Positions 1 through 14,285 of a stretch of 64,000 bases of DNA are shown here, one piece after another. This stretch comes from an uncultured Acidobacteriota bacterium (GTDB taxonomy: Bacteria > Acidobacteriota > Polarisedimenticolia > J045). Made by a program: the position numbers and the translations under genes. Positions within the stretch are counted from its first letter, which is position 1, and every line of letters begins with the position of its first letter. Location: contig CAVPCQ010000037.1 in NCBI GenBank assembly GCA_963702425.1, positions 224,001 to 288,000 of the forward strand, given 5' to 3'. The notes under the pieces are model-generated. The model ran no database searches and had not been told where the DNA came from. It worked only from the letters and a program-made list of their open reading frames with translations.

Positions 1-1581
1 CGGAGCTGGGGGCCGACCCGCTGGCCGAGCTGCTCGGCGATCTCCTGCGCCTGCACGGCCCGGTGGCGGCCCGCGTGCTTTCCGACCCGCTGCTCCTTCC
101 CGACGACGCGCTGCGCGACGCGCTGGAGTCGCTGGAGTCCTGCGGCCGCGTGGTGATCGACGCGATCACCGACGACGCCGACGAGCCGCAGCTCTGCGAC
201 GCCGACAATCTCGAGCGCCTGCTGCGGATCGCGCGCGCCGCCCGCCGCGCCTCCTTCGCGCCGCTGCCGCTGGCGCGCCTGCCGGGCTTCCTCGCGGCGT
301 GGCAGGGGGTCGGCGGCGCGGCCGGGCCGGGCCCTGCGGGCGCGGCCGAGCCGGGCCTGGCGGGCGCGATCGAGCGCCTCGCCGGCCTGCCGCTCGCGGC
401 CGCGCTCTGGGAGAGCGACGTGCTGCCGGTCCGCGTGAAGGGCTACGAGCCGGCGCAGCTCGACGCGCTGCTCGCGGGGGGCGAGATCGAGTGGTGGGGG
501 GCGGGGGAGAAGCGGGTCGCCTTCGCGCCCGCGGGGGAGCGGGAGCTGTTCGTCGAAGCGGACGGCCCGGCGAACGGCCCGGCGAACGGCCCGGCGGACG
601 GAAGCAGCGTCGCGTCGCGGGAGGGAAGCCCGGCCCGGTCGCGGCTGCTCGCGATCTTCCCGGAGATCCTCGGCCGCTACCCGCTCGAGGCGCTGGCGGC
701 GCGCAGCGGCCTGACCACGGCCGAGGCGACGCGCCGCCTGTGGGCGCTGGCATGGGACGGCCTCGCGGCGACCGACGGGTTCGGCCCGGTGCGGGCCGGC
801 CTGGCGAGCGGCTTCGCGCCCGCCGAAGCGCGCGCGGGAGACGCGCCGCGCACCGCGCCGTTCGCAGCCGGCGCGCGCCGCCTGCGCTTCGGCACCTGGC
901 GGTCGACGCGCGCATTCGGCGGCGCCTGGTCGCCGCTCTTCCCGCCCGATCCGCCGGCCGACGCGCTCGAGCGCGACGAGCTGGACCGCGAGCGCGCCCG
1001 CGTCCTGCTCTACCGCTACGGCGTCGTCTTCCGCGAGCTGACGGCGCGCGAGCTGCCCGCGCTCGCCTGGGGCCGGCTGTTCCGGGCGCTGCGCCTGATC
1101 GAGCTGTCCGGGGAGGCGGTCGGCGGGCAGTTCTTCGAGGGGATCCCGGGCGCCCAGTTCGCGCTGCCGGAGGCGATCGAGGCGCTGCGGGGGCCGGCCG
1201 GCGCCGCGCACGACGCGGCCTGGTTCCTCTCGGCCGCCGACCCGGCCTCGCCGTCGGGGCTCGGGCTCCCCGGGCTCCCCGAGGGGCTGCCGCGCCGCGT
1301 CCCGACCAGCCACGCGGCGTTCGCCGGCACGCGCCTCGTCGCCGCCTCCGAGCGCCGCGGCCGCGCGCTCTCGCTCTTCGTGCCGCCGGACGACCCGGCG
1401 CTCGCGGTCGCCGTCGAGCTGCTGCGCTTTCTGTCCGGTCAGCGCGTCGCGCGCCCCTCGGTCGTGATCGAGACGATCAACGGCGAGCGGGCGGCGGACA
1501 GCGCGTACGCGCCCGCGCTGGCCGAGGCGTTCCACGCCACGCGCGACGGCGGGGCGCTGCGGCTGATGCGGCGGGGGCTGA
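1..1581 (+). CDS. lhr: Lhr-like ATP-dependent helicase, C-terminal part (5' end outside the window)
   Basis: Open frame from position 3 (ELGADPLAELLGDLLRLHGPV). Lhr C-terminal motifs: WESDVLPVRV.GY.P..LD.L...GE..W.G, RYGVVFRE, ELSGE...G.F..GIPG.QFA, LSAADPA, INGE.A. The probable true stop is TGA 1579-1581 if one G of the G5 run at 1573-1577 is removed. Confidence 0.8.
562..597 (+). repeat. 12-bp in-frame tandem repeat, three copies (acggcccggcga), encoding GPANGPANGPAD
   Basis: Directly visible at 562-597, within a variable linker of Lhr. Confidence 0.75.
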
Positions 1582-2639
1582 TGCCGGAGACCCGGATCGT
1601 GATCCCCCGCGTCGGCGGCCCGGAGGTGCTGACGCTCGAGCCGTTCGCGCCGGCGTCCCCCGGGCCCGGCGAGGTCGCGATCGACGTCCGCGCGGCGGGC
1701 GTCAACTTCGCCGACCTGTTCTGCCGCCTGGGACTCTACGCCGCGGCGCCGCCACGGCCGTTCGCGCCGGGGTTCGAGGTCGCGGGCGTGGTCGCCGGGG
1801 TCGGGCCCGGCGTCGCGGCGCCGCGCGTCGGGGAGCGCGTGATCGGCGTGCTCCGCTTCGGCGGCTACGCGACGCGCGTCCACGTGCCGGCGGCCTGGAC
1901 ACGACCGCTCCCCGACGGCTGGTCGTTCGCCGAGGGGGCCGCGTTCCCGGTGGCGTTCCTCACGGCGTGGTACGGCCTGATCCACCAGGGGCGCCTCGCG
2001 CGCGGCGAGACGGCCGTGATCCACTCCGCCGCCGGCGGCGTCGGCAGCGCCGCGTGCCAGCTGGCGCGCCACGCCGGAGCGCGCGTGCTCGGCACGGTCG
2101 GCAGCGAGGCCAAGCGGGCCGCCGCGCTCGCCGCCGGCGCGGACGAGGTCGTCGTCTCGCCCACCTACGACGTCTGGGCGGAGATCGACCGGCTGACCGC
2201 GGGCCGCGGCGTGGACGTCGTGTTCGACGCGGTCGGCGGCCGCGGTCTCGCCGCGGGCTATCGCCGCCTGCGGCCGATGGGGCGGCTCGTCGTCTACGGC
2301 TTCGCCGAGATGATGCCGCGGGGCGGCCTTCGTAACTGGCCCGCGCTGGCCTGGCGCCGGCTGCGCACCCCGCACTTCGATCCGCTCGACATGACCGGAA
2401 AGAACCGCGCGGTCATCGGCTTCAATCTCGTCCACCTCTTCGACCGCGACGAGCCGTTGGGCCGCGGCTTCGACGAGCTGCTGGCGCTCGCGCGCGCGGG
2501 CGCGCTGCGCCCGGTCGTCGGCGCGACGGTCCCCTTCGAGCGCGCGGCCGACGCGCACCGGCTGCTGCAGTCGCGCGCCTCGACGGGGAAGGTGGTGCTC
2601 GTGCGCGATCCGGATTCCCGTGGCACCATCAAGGCATGA
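1581..2639 (+). CDS. Zn-independent medium-chain reductase / NADPH:quinone oxidoreductase (VAT-1-like)
   Basis: Begins [17 protein letters not shown]. Motifs [35 protein letters not shown] at 1581 lies in a TGATG context. Confidence 0.85.
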   Translation: MPETRIVIPRVGGPEVLTLEPFAPASPGPGEVAIDVRAAGVNFADLFCRLGLYAAAPPRPFAPGFEVAGVVAGVGPGVAAPRVGERVIGVLRFGGYATRVHVPAAWTRPLPDGWSFAEGAAFPVAFLTAWYGLIHQGRLARGETAVIHSAAGGVGSAACQLARHAGARVLGTVGSEAKRAAALAAGADEVVVSPTYDVWAEIDRLTAGRGVDVVFDAVGGRGLAAGYRRLRPMGRLVVYGFAEMMPRGGLRNWPALAWRRLRTPHFDPLDMTGKNRAVIGFNLVHLFDRDEPLGRGFDELLALARAGALRPVVGATVPFERAADAHRLLQSRASTGKVVLVRDPDSRGTIKA

Positions 2640-3286
2640 GCAAAGCGCCGCGCCTCGCCCTGTTCGCACTCCTGCTCTCCACTTTCGCCTGCGCCGATGC
2701 GCCGGCTCCCGGGACCAAGCCGATGACCGAGACCCCGCCTGCGACCGTGACCGCGAACGAGACCGCCACCCTGGGCGGCGGCTGCTTCTGGTGCATCGAG
2801 GCGGTCTTCGAGCGGATCCAGGGAGTCGCCGAGGCGACCTCCGGCTACGCCGGCGGTTCGACGAAGAACCCGACGTACGACGAGGTCTCCAGCGGCACCA
2901 CCGGCCACGCCGAGGTGGTGGAGATCCGCTTCGACTCGAAGGTCACGAGCTACCGCGAGATCCTCGAGATCTTCTTCGCGATGCACGATCCGACGACGCC
3001 CGACCGGCAGGGGGCCGATGTCGGCAGCCAGTATCGCTCGATCATCCTGACCCATTCGCCCGAGCAGAAGGCGACGGCCGAGGCGCTGATCCGCGAGCTG
3101 ACGGCGGAGAAGGTCTTCGACGCTCCGATCGTGACCCAGGTCGTCCCGTTCGAGGCCTTCCATCCGGCCGAGATCTCGCACCAGGAGTACTACGACCGCA
3201 ATCCGAACGCGGGCTACTGCCGGGTCGTGATCTCGCCGAAGATCGCAAAGCTGAAGAAGGTCTTCGCGGCCAAGCTCAAGAACTAG
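2636..3286 (+). CDS. msrA: Peptide-methionine (S)-S-oxide reductase MsrA with N-terminal (lipo)signal peptide
   Basis: GGGCFWCIE active site, SGYAGG, GHAEVV, HDPT, QYRS, AE..HQEYY. Hydrophobic leader ending in TFAC. Confidence 0.95.
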   Translation: MSKAPRLALFALLLSTFACADAPAPGTKPMTETPPATVTANETATLGGGCFWCIEAVFERIQGVAEATSGYAGGSTKNPTYDEVSSGTTGHAEVVEIRFDSKVTSYREILEIFFAMHDPTTPDRQGADVGSQYRSIILTHSPEQKATAEALIRELTAEKVFDAPIVTQVVPFEAFHPAEISHQEYYDRNPNAGYCRVVISPKIAKLKKVFAAKLKN

Positions 3287-3366
3287 CGCCCCGGAGCAGG
3301 GCAGCCCGAGGTCGGAGACCGGGGCCCGGGTCACCGCGCTGCAGCTCGCCGACGCTGCCGAAGCTG

Positions 3367-3375
3367 TGCTATCCT
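3367..3375 (+). promoter_or_regulatory. Putative extended -10 promoter (TGcTATCCT) for the TPR kinase
   Basis: TGnTAnnnT about 40 nt upstream of ATG 3416. Confidence 0.35.
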
Positions 3376-3415
3376 CCAACGGTTTCCGTGCCCTGCCGCA
3401 GGCGAGGGGTCGCCG

Positions 3416-6247
3416 ATGGTGGACCCGAAGCGCGGCTCTCTGGACGAGTTGCCGACCCACGCGATCGACGGGGACGGCGTCCACCCCTCCCTGGCGAATA
3501 CCGAAGCGACCGCGGCGGGCCCCTCGTTGCCGCCCCACGTTCCCCCGCAGATCGGCCCCTACCGCGTGCTGCGCCTGCTCGGTGAGGGGGGCATGGGCAC
3601 GGTCGTGGAGTGCGAGCAGGAGCAGCCGCTGCGGCGCCGGGTGGCGCTCAAGCTGATCCGGACCGGTCTGGCGAGCGGCGAGTTCGTCGCCCGCTTCGAC
3701 TCCGAGCGGCAAACGTTGGCGCAGATGAACCACCCGGCGATAGCGCGCGTGTTCGACGCCGGCGCCAGCCAGTGGGGACCGTTCTTCGTGATGGAGTTCG
3801 TCGCCGGCGAGCCGGTCACGACCTACTGCGACCACCGCACGTTGACCGTGCGTGAGCGCCTCGAGGTGTTCATCAGGGTCTGCGAGGGGGTGCAGCACGC
3901 GCACCAGAACGGCGTCATCCACCGCGACCTCAAGCCTTCCAACATCCTGGTGACGGACGAGAGCGGTCGGCCGGCGCCCAAGATCATCGACTTCGGCATT
4001 GCGAAGGCAATCCGCCCCAGGCCGGAGGAGGCGCCCTTCCGGACGCTGCGCGGGGAGTTGATGGGCACCCCCGAGTACATGAGCCCGGAGCAGGCCGATC
4101 CCTCCCGTGGCGACGTCGACACCCGTGCCGACGTGTACTCGCTCGGCGTCATCCTCTATGAGCTGCTCGTTGGCGCCCTGCCGTTCCCCGCTCGCAGCGC
4201 GGGTGCGGGGGCGCTAGAGGCGGTCTCGCACCGGCTGCGCGAGGCCGAGCCGCCGCGACCCAGCACGCGCCTCGCCTCGCTCGCCGATCACGGCCAGCGA
4301 ACGGCGCAGCTCCGTCGAGCCAGCCAGCACGGACTGGCCCGTGTTCTGCGCGGGGATGTCGACTGGATCGTTCTCAAGGCGATGGAGCGGGAGCGGGAGC
4401 GACGGTACGCCTCGGTCTCGGAGCTGACCGCCGACATCGGCCGCTACCTCGAGCTGCAGCCCGTGCTGGCCGGTCCACCGAGCGCGGTATATCGGATTGG
4501 GAAGTTCGTCCGCCGCCATCGACTCGGGGTCGCCGCCGGCGCGGTCGCGCTTCTCGGCCTGATGGCCGCCGCGGCCGGGACCAGCATCGGCCTGGTGCGC
4601 GCGCGGGAGGCGGAGCGGCGAGCCGTCGCGGAAGCTCGCACCGCCGAGCAGGTGTCGGAGTTCCTCGAGGGGCTGTTCAAGGTCTCGGACCCCAGCGAGG
4701 CGCGCGGCGGCGCGCTGACAGCCCGGGATCTCCTCGACCGTGGCGCAGGCCGGGTCAGGGGCGACCTCGCGCAGCAGCCGCTCGTGCAGGCGAGGATGCT
4801 CGCCTCGATCGGTCGCGTGGTTGACAACCTGGGTGACTACCCGCGCGCCAGGGAACTGCTCGAGGAGGCGCTGGCCATCCGGCGCGCCCAGCTTGGTCCG
4901 AACCACCCCGAGGTCGCCACCAGCCTGCACGATCTGGCGCTGGTCCTCGACCACCAGGGGCAGCCCGGCCAGGCCGAGACGCTCGCTCGCCAGGCGCTGG
5001 CGATTGACGAGTACGCGCTTGGCTCCGAGCACCCCGCGCTCGGCAACGTGCTGAGCGAGCTTGGCGCGCTGGCGCGGCGGCGCGGGGACCTGGCGAGCGC
5101 CCGCTCGCTTCACGAGCGCGCCCTGGCGATCCGCGAGAAGGTGCTGGGTCCGGACGACCCGGTGCTCGCCGGGAGCCTCAACAACCTTGCGCTCGTGCTC
5201 AAGGACCGCGGCGACTACGCGGCCGCACGGCCGCTTCTCGAGCGCTCGCTGGCGATTCGCGAGCAGGCGCTCGGCCATGACCACCCGGATGTGGCGAACG
5301 CCCTCAACAACCTCGCGATCCTGCTCTGCCAATCGGGCGACTGCGCGGCGGCGCAGCCGCTGTTCGAGCGGGCGCTCTCGATCCGCGAGCGGAGCTTCGG
5401 TCCCGAGCACCCCTGGGTCGCGGAGAGCGTGGATAACCTGGCGAGCGTGCTCTACTCGAGCGGCGAGTTCGCCGCGGCCCTGCCGCTGTATGAGCGCGCC
5501 CTCGCCATCCGCGAGCGCAGCCTCGGACCCGACCATCCGCGGCTCGCCGTCGGTCTCGGCAATCTCGGCGCGCTGCTCTCCGAACTCGGTCAGTGCGACC
5601 GCGCCCGCGTCCTGCTCGAGCGTGCCCTGGCGATCACGGAGAAGGTGTACGGGCCGGACCACGGCAACGCGGTGACGACGCTGGACGAACTCGCCAGCCT
5701 GGAGAGCGACACCGGCAACCCGCGGACGGCGCGGGTGCTGGCGGATCAGGCCCTGGCCATCGCGGACCGCACGCTCGGCCCCGAGCACCCGGACACGGCA
5801 ACCGCGCTCCGCACCGCCGCCTCCGTGCGGAGTGCGGCAGGCGACGTCGCCGGGGCACGTCCCCTGGCCGAGCGGGCAGTGAGCGTCGCCGAGCGCGTCC
5901 TGGGACCGGACCACCCCGACACCGCGACCGCGCACCTGACCCTGGCTCGCGTCGACTTCGCCCTTGGCGATCGGGAGCGGGCGCGAGCCCTCGCCGGCCC
6001 CGCACTGGAGTCGCTCGCCCGGGCGCTCGGAGAGAGCCACCCGCAGGTGGCGTTCGAACGCGCTCGCTGGAACGCGCTCGAGGGGAACCGCGCCGAGACT
6101 CTGCGGTGGCTCCGCCTCGCCGCCGCGCGCGGGTTCGCGAACGCTGCGCGGGTGCTGACGTCCGAGATCGGATATCTTCGCGGTGACGCGGAACTGCGGT
6201 CCATCCTTGCGGGAATGGGAGGCCGTGCGGATCGGGGCGGGTCCTGA
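3416..6247 (+). CDS. Hanks-type Ser/Thr protein kinase with TM segment and about 10 kinesin-light-chain-like 42-aa TPR repeats
   Basis: GEGGMG, VALK, HRDLKPSN, DFG, GTPEYMSPE, DVYSLG. Hydrophobic stretch GVAAGAVALLGLMAAAAG. Repeated ERALAIRE..LGP.HP..A..L.NLA units. Confidence 0.95.
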   Translation: MVDPKRGSLDELPTHAIDGDGVHPSLANTEATAAGPSLPPHVPPQIGPYRVLRLLGEGGMGTVVECEQEQPLRRRVALKLIRTGLASGEFVARFDSERQTLAQMNHPAIARVFDAGASQWGPFFVMEFVAGEPVTTYCDHRTLTVRERLEVFIRVCEGVQHAHQNGVIHRDLKPSNILVTDESGRPAPKIIDFGIAKAIRPRPEEAPFRTLRGELMGTPEYMSPEQADPSRGDVDTRADVYSLGVILYELLVGALPFPARSAGAGALEAVSHRLREAEPPRPSTRLASLADHGQRTAQLRRASQHGLARVLRGDVDWIVLKAMERERERRYASVSELTADIGRYLELQPVLAGPPSAVYRIGKFVRRHRLGVAAGAVALLGLMAAAAGTSIGLVRAREAERRAVAEARTAEQVSEFLEGLFKVSDPSEARGGALTARDLLDRGAGRVRGDLAQQPLVQARMLASIGRVVDNLGDYPRARELLEEALAIRRAQLGPNHPEVATSLHDLALVLDHQGQPGQAETLARQALAIDEYALGSEHPALGNVLSELGALARRRGDLASARSLHERALAIREKVLGPDDPVLAGSLNNLALVLKDRGDYAAARPLLERSLAIREQALGHDHPDVANALNNLAILLCQSGDCAAAQPLFERALSIRERSFGPEHPWVAESVDNLASVLYSSGEFAAALPLYERALAIRERSLGPDHPRLAVGLGNLGALLSELGQCDRARVLLERALAITEKVYGPDHGNAVTTLDELASLESDTGNPRTARVLADQALAIADRTLGPEHPDTATALRTAASVRSAAGDVAGARPLAERAVSVAERVLGPDHPDTATAHLTLARVDFALGDRERARALAGPALESLARALGESHPQVAFERARWNALEGNRAETLRWLRLAAARGFANAARVLTSEIGYLRGDAELRSILAGMGGRADRGGS

Positions 6248-6295
6248 GCCGGTTCCCGCGCGGTCGCGCGGTCACCATCAGTCCCGCTCCGAGAG

Positions 6296-7111
6296 CTACC
6301 TCAGCCCGAAGTCCCAGACCAGCGCGAAGGTGACCATCGGCCCGTTCGCCGACTGCCCCGGGAACAGCCAGCCGAGCTGCCCGAACTCGAAGAAGTGCGC
6401 CCGGGCGTCGAGCCGCAGGCCGCCGACGTGGCCGAACGGGAACGCCACGCCCAGTCCGACGTAGCCGCCGGGCGACCAGTCGTGGTTGCCGGTGCTCTCG
6501 TAGCCACCGCCACAGCAGTTGTACCAGCCGCAGTAGCAGCCGCCGTAGTCGTCGGAGGAGACGCCGACGGTCGCGTAGTAGGCGCCGAGGCCGGCGAGCA
6601 GGTGCAGTTGTGCGGCCGGCGAGGCGGCGACGACGACGCGCGTGCTGGCCGTGATGAAGCTCACCGTGAGCGACAGGCTGGCGTCATTCCAGTCGTCGTT
6701 CCACCAGTCGTCGCCCCAGTAGTCTCCCGGCACGTCGACGGAGCGCTCGTTGTCGAACATGTAGCTGCCGAGGTCGAAGCCGACGAACCACGCCACCTTC
6801 GAACTGCTCTTGATCCGGCCGTGGAAGGTCAGCTCGACACCGATCGCGTCGGTCTCGAACGGCCCGGAGTTCTCGGCGATGTAGTTCGCGGGGATCGGCT
6901 CGAAGTCCGCGGCGCCGCTCCAGCTGCCGTAGCCGAGGCCGAAGCCGACGAGGAACACCGCCTTGACCATCGACGCGGGGGACGAGTCGGCGACGACGGG
7001 CTCGGCGACCGGGTCGGCCGTCGTCGGTGGCTCGGCACCGGCACGGGACGTGGCGAGGAACGACAGCAGGACGGGAAGCAGCGCGACCGCGGCGACACGG
7101 TGGCAACGCAT
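6296..7111 (-). CDS. Putative outer-membrane beta-barrel protein
   Basis: Signal peptide, alternating hydrophobic beta strands (LAGLGAYYA, GGYVGLGVAF, GLRLDARAHF), aromatic C-terminus (FALVWDFGLR), RBS aggagg upstream. Confidence 0.6.
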   Translation of the reverse strand: MRCHRVAAVALLPVLLSFLATSRAGAEPPTTADPVAEPVVADSSPASMVKAVFLVGFGLGYGSWSGAADFEPIPANYIAENSGPFETDAIGVELTFHGRIKSSSKVAWFVGFDLGSYMFDNERSVDVPGDYWGDDWWNDDWNDASLSLTVSFITASTRVVVAASPAAQLHLLAGLGAYYATVGVSSDDYGGCYCGWYNCCGGGYESTGNHDWSPGGYVGLGVAFPFGHVGGLRLDARAHFFEFGQLGWLFPGQSANGPMVTFALVWDFGLR

Positions 7112-7149
7112 GGCACCTCCTGCTGTGAGCCTCCCCGAAGGGTTGCGCC

Positions 7150-7746
7150 CTACTTGATCGACCAGATCTTCGTCAGCGGGATCGGCGGCTGGTTGGAGGG
7201 GACCTCGATCGTGAGCTCCCCCTCCGCGCTGAACGCGAGGCGGGCGCCGACGATCAGCGTGCCGGTCCCGCTTCCCTTCGCATCCAGGACCATCTCGGCC
7301 GCCGTGACCGGGTACTTCAGGAACTCGGAGCTGGCGTCGAAATTGACGTTGCTCACGAACTTGTCGGTCACGACGATCACCTTGCTGCCCGTGTCGGTCT
7401 TGATCTGGCGCGTGTAGCGGATCTGGTAGCCCAGGCCGCCGGGCTGGCTGAAGTACCCGTGCGAGGCCTGCTTCTGGAGGGCCTCATAGAGCCCTAGGTT
7501 GCTGCCCGCCTTGAACGCAGCGAGCAGCGCGGCGCGCTCGTCGGCGCTCGACCACTGGTTGATCGTGATGTCCATTTCCCCGGCCCCCTGGACGCCGGGC
7601 CCGGCATCGGCCATCGCGATCGTGCGGTACTGCGCGATGTGCTTGGCCTCCTTGGCGATCGCGGGCAGGACGACGAGCAGCGCGGCGAAACCGAGGAGCG
7701 CGAACAGGGGGAACGCGAGCGGGCGGCGGACGGACGAAAGGTTCAT
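7150..7746 (-). CDS. Exported hypothetical protein
   Basis: Probable start MNLSSVRRPLAFPLFALLG at 7746 with GGAG upstream, followed by a signal peptide and protein-like sequence. The ORF-track extension to 8121 is low-complexity. Confidence 0.7.
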   Translation of the reverse strand: MNLSSVRRPLAFPLFALLGFAALLVVLPAIAKEAKHIAQYRTIAMADAGPGVQGAGEMDITINQWSSADERAALLAAFKAGSNLGLYEALQKQASHGYFSQPGGLGYQIRYTRQIKTDTGSKVIVVTDKFVSNVNFDASSEFLKYPVTAAEMVLDAKGSGTGTLIVGARLAFSAEGELTIEVPSNQPPIPLTKIWSIK

Positions 7747-7999
7747 GGCGAAGTCTCCGTGAACGAAAGGGACTCGACGATACGCCGGGGGCCGAGGGCC
7801 GGGCAAGAGAAACGGGTGCGTGACGGATTTTTGTCCGGAATGGAGTTTACGGAGAGGACGGAGGGTCGAACCGGCCGGCCTGGCCGCGAGACGAGCCCCG
7901 ACGGGGCTCGTCCGCGCGCACGTCAAGGGGCACGGGCCGGGCGTGACGCGGGTACGGGAGTGTGACCGGCACGCCGCCGCTCCGGCCACCCCACTCGCG

Positions 8000-10741
8000 T
8001 CAGGAAACCACCTCCGCTTCGACGGCGGCCGGTGCCGCGTTCTCGACGGCCGCGACCAGGTCGCGCACCTTGATCGGCTTGGCGATGTAGTCGTCCATTC
8101 CTGCCGCCAGGCAGCGCTCACGATCGCCGCTCATCGCGTGTGCCGTCATCGCAACGATCGGGATGCGCGACCCCGTCGATTCCTCGATCCGGCGAATCGC
8201 GCGGGTGGCTTCGTAACCGTCCATCACGGGCATCTGGACGTCCATGACCACCACGTCGCAGCGCTGCCTCGCGAGTGCCTCCAGCGCCTCCTTCCCGTCG
8301 GCGCAGGTCACGACGCGATGACCGCGCTTCTCCAGGATGCGGAGCGCGAGCAGGCGATTGACCGGGTTGTCCTCGACGAGCAGGACGTCGAGGGTCCGCG
8401 ACGGCGTGTCCGGCAGGGGTCTGCCGCTCGCGACGCCCGTCCGCTCTGCGCCCGGCTGCCTGCCGGTGAGGATCCGCTGCAGCCTCTCGCGGAGGTCGGA
8501 CTGCCGCACCGGCTTGGTCAGGTGTGCCGCGAAACCCAGCTCGCGGCCCGTGATGGTCTCGTCGCACGACCCGCCCGAGGTCAGCATGATGATCTCGACC
8601 GTGGAGACCCGCGGGTTGTTGCGGATCTGCCGCGCGGTGGTCAGGCCGTCCACCTCCGGCATCTGCGCGTCCAGGATCACCAGGTCGAACGGCTCCGAGG
8701 CGGCGGCCGCCCGGTCGAGCGCCGCCAGCGCCGCCGGGCCGGAGTCGACCGCCCTGGGGGCCATCTGCCAGAACCCGAGCAGGTCTTCGAGGATGCGGCG
8801 GTTCGTCAGGTTGTCGTCGACGATCAGCACCCGCGCGCCCGCGAGGCCTTCGGGAAGCGGCGCGGGCCGCGCTGCGACGCCCTCGGCGCTCGGTTGGAAT
8901 CGCGCCGTGAAGTGAAAGGTGCTGCCCTCGCCGAGCGCGCTCTCGACCCAGATGCGTCCGCCCATCATCGTGACCAGCCGCTTGGAGATCGCGAGGCCGA
9001 GGCCGGTCCCGCCGTACCTCCGCGTCGTCGAGCCGTCGGCCTGGACGAACTGCTCGAAGACGACCTCGAGCTTGTCCTGGGGGATGCCGATGCCGGTGTC
9101 GCGGACGCTGAACAGGATCTCCACGGTCTCGGAATGACGGGAGAAGGACTCGGCCGTCAGCACCACCTCGCCCTGGTCGGTGAACTTGATCGCGTTGCCG
9201 ACCAGGTTGATCACGATCTGCCGCAGCCGGATAGGGTCCCCGATCAGGCGGTCCGCCAGCGTCGGCGGTACGTCGCAGATCAGCTCGAGCCCCTTCTGGT
9301 GCGCTCGCGCGCTCAGCGTATGAAGCACGTCGCTCAGGCAGGCCCGCAGGCTGAACGGCTCGCGGTTCAGCTCCAGCCGGCGCGCTTCGATCTTGGAGAA
9401 GTCCAGGATGTCGTTGACCACGAGCAGCAGGGAGTCGGCCGAGGCCTTGACCGTCTCGAGGTACTCCCGCTGGGTTCGCGTCAGCTCCGTCTCCAGCGCC
9501 AGCTCGGTCATGCCGATGACCCCGTTCATCGGCGTCCGGATCTCGTGGCTCATGTTGGCCAGGAAGTCGCTCTTCGCCCGGCTGGCGGCTTCGGCTTCTT
9601 CCTTGGCCTGCCGCAGGTCCTGCTGGACCCGCTCGCGGTGGACGATCTCCTGCTTGAGCTCGATCACCAGCGCGTCCAGCCGGGCGGTGCGGTCCAGGAC
9701 CTTCTGCTCGAGGTCCCGGTTGAGCAGCTGCACTTCCGCCTCGGCCCGCTTCCTCTGAGCGACCTCGTCGATCAGTGCGGCCTTCTGCTCGAAGGACACG
9801 ATCACGAGTTGGGCGAGCCGGCCGAATTCCGTCCGGACCCCGGTCATCGCGGAGAGGCTCGCCGCATCCTGCCGCCTCAGGCCGTCGATCAGCACGGTGA
9901 GCGGACGATGCACCCAGCGCAGTAGCGAGACCGAGACCAGCACGAAGCCGGCGACGGAGACGGCCAGCAACAGCCCGAGGGTGCGGGTCTGCGCGGTCCG
10001 AACGGCCGCCACGACGGAACTCCGACCGCGAAACGCCAGACGCGCGGCCGGCGCGCCGTCGACGCCGGGAAGCGCCAACTCGAACCGGAAGTCCCCTGGC
10101 GAGCCGGCCGGGGAAGCGGAATCCTCCCGGGCTCCGGGCGGCAACACCTCGATCGCGCCATCGCAGAGGCGCGCCAGCTCGTCCAGCAGGGCCTTGTCCC
10201 AGCGCCGCCCCACCAGGAAGTAGCCGCTGTACGGCCCCGTCCGCGTCGTGTCCTCGCTCTCGTGGGTCGTTGCGGCGCGGACCTCGATCAGGCCGGCGGG
10301 CGAGTCGACAAAGAAGTGAAGCAGGTGCTCGCGGTCCAGGGTCCCGCTCCAGGCGGAAGGCGGGAGCGGGCCTTGTCTCAGCCGCTCGTCGCCGGACACG
10401 GATCCGAAGTACATCAGCTCCCGGTTCCGGTTGTACACCCAGAGGTCCGAAACGCCGAAGCTCCCGAGCGCCGTTTCCATGTTCTCCGCGGCCCACTGGG
10501 GGTCCGGGGTTTCGGCGAACCGCGCCAGCTCGCTCCAGTACGAGTAGTCGTACGCGAGGATCGCCTGGCGGGCGCCGTGCAGCTCCATGATCCTCTTCGT
10601 CAGCTCCCGCTTCTCCTGACGCGCCTGCTCCGTCAGCAGGCCGGCCTGTTGCCGATCGAGGAGCTGCAGCGCGAGGTTCCCCACCACCAGGGCGGCGAGC
10701 ATCCCGGCGATCAGGAGGCTGAGTCGAAGGCGGACGGTCAC
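8000..10741 (-). CDS. Hybrid sensor histidine kinase/response regulator (CHASE4-like periplasmic sensor, HisKA, HATPase, two REC domains)
   Basis: GTG start at 10741 ([13 protein letters not shown]). Two TM segments flanking DYSYWSEL (CHASE4-like). H-box [41 protein letters not shown] domains VLIVDD...LDAQMP and VLLVEDN...MDVQMP. Confidence 0.93.
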   Translation of the reverse strand: MTVRLRLSLLIAGMLAALVVGNLALQLLDRQQAGLLTEQARQEKRELTKRIMELHGARQAILAYDYSYWSELARFAETPDPQWAAENMETALGSFGVSDLWVYNRNRELMYFGSVSGDERLRQGPLPPSAWSGTLDREHLLHFFVDSPAGLIEVRAATTHESEDTTRTGPYSGYFLVGRRWDKALLDELARLCDGAIEVLPPGAREDSASPAGSPGDFRFELALPGVDGAPAARLAFRGRSSVVAAVRTAQTRTLGLLLAVSVAGFVLVSVSLLRWVHRPLTVLIDGLRRQDAASLSAMTGVRTEFGRLAQLVIVSFEQKAALIDEVAQRKRAEAEVQLLNRDLEQKVLDRTARLDALVIELKQEIVHRERVQQDLRQAKEEAEAASRAKSDFLANMSHEIRTPMNGVIGMTELALETELTRTQREYLETVKASADSLLLVVNDILDFSKIEARRLELNREPFSLRACLSDVLHTLSARAHQKGLELICDVPPTLADRLIGDPIRLRQIVINLVGNAIKFTDQGEVVLTAESFSRHSETVEILFSVRDTGIGIPQDKLEVVFEQFVQADGSTTRRYGGTGLGLAISKRLVTMMGGRIWVESALGEGSTFHFTARFQPSAEGVAARPAPLPEGLAGARVLIVDDNLTNRRILEDLLGFWQMAPRAVDSGPAALAALDRAAAASEPFDLVILDAQMPEVDGLTTARQIRNNPRVSTVEIIMLTSGGSCDETITGRELGFAAHLTKPVRQSDLRERLQRILTGRQPGAERTGVASGRPLPDTPSRTLDVLLVEDNPVNRLLALRILEKRGHRVVTCADGKEALEALARQRCDVVVMDVQMPVMDGYEATRAIRRIEESTGSRIPIVAMTAHAMSGDRERCLAAGMDDYIAKPIKVRDLVAAVENAAPAAVEAEVVS

Positions 10742-10978
10742 GGCGCCGCTCCCCACCGCGCCGACCCGTCCGAGGGCGGTGCCGGGCCCCCGAACGCCGG
10801 CTCGCGCCGTCGGGCGGCGCCCGGCCGGCCGGGGGCGAGCAGCACGGGAACGCGCGGGTCCGCCACGAAGCCTCCGTCGCCCGCACCGCGGAGCGCGGGG
10901 CGGCCAGGAAAGAACATGGTGTCCGGGGCTGTCCCGGGCCATCCGCGCGAAGAGACGGATGCGCCTCGTACATTTGTC

Positions 10979-10987
10979 TGGTATCTT
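10979..10987 (+). promoter_or_regulatory. Putative extended -10 promoter (TGgTATCTT) upstream of dnaE2
   Basis: AT-rich island with TGnTAnnnT about 70 nt upstream of ATG 11057. Confidence 0.4.
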
Positions 10988-11056
10988 GAAAGCGGGAAGA
11001 CCCCCCCGCGCCCGCCGGCGCACCCGACCGCGAACGACGCCTTTGCGGATGACAGC

Positions 11057-14189
<3,133 letters not shown>

Positions 14190-14285
14190 CGTCCCCCAGC
14201 CGCCCCGATCCGTGAGATCCTGAACGGGACGCAGCCGGGCCCGGTTCGCCCCGGCGGTGCGTCAACCATCCAGGAGGACACGACC

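Noticed and set aside
4800-6060. ~126-bp periodic repeats as a CRISPR array or DNA repeat element
   Set aside because: They are degenerate in-frame 42-aa TPR coding repeats with no identical repeat/unique spacer structure, and no cas genes are present.
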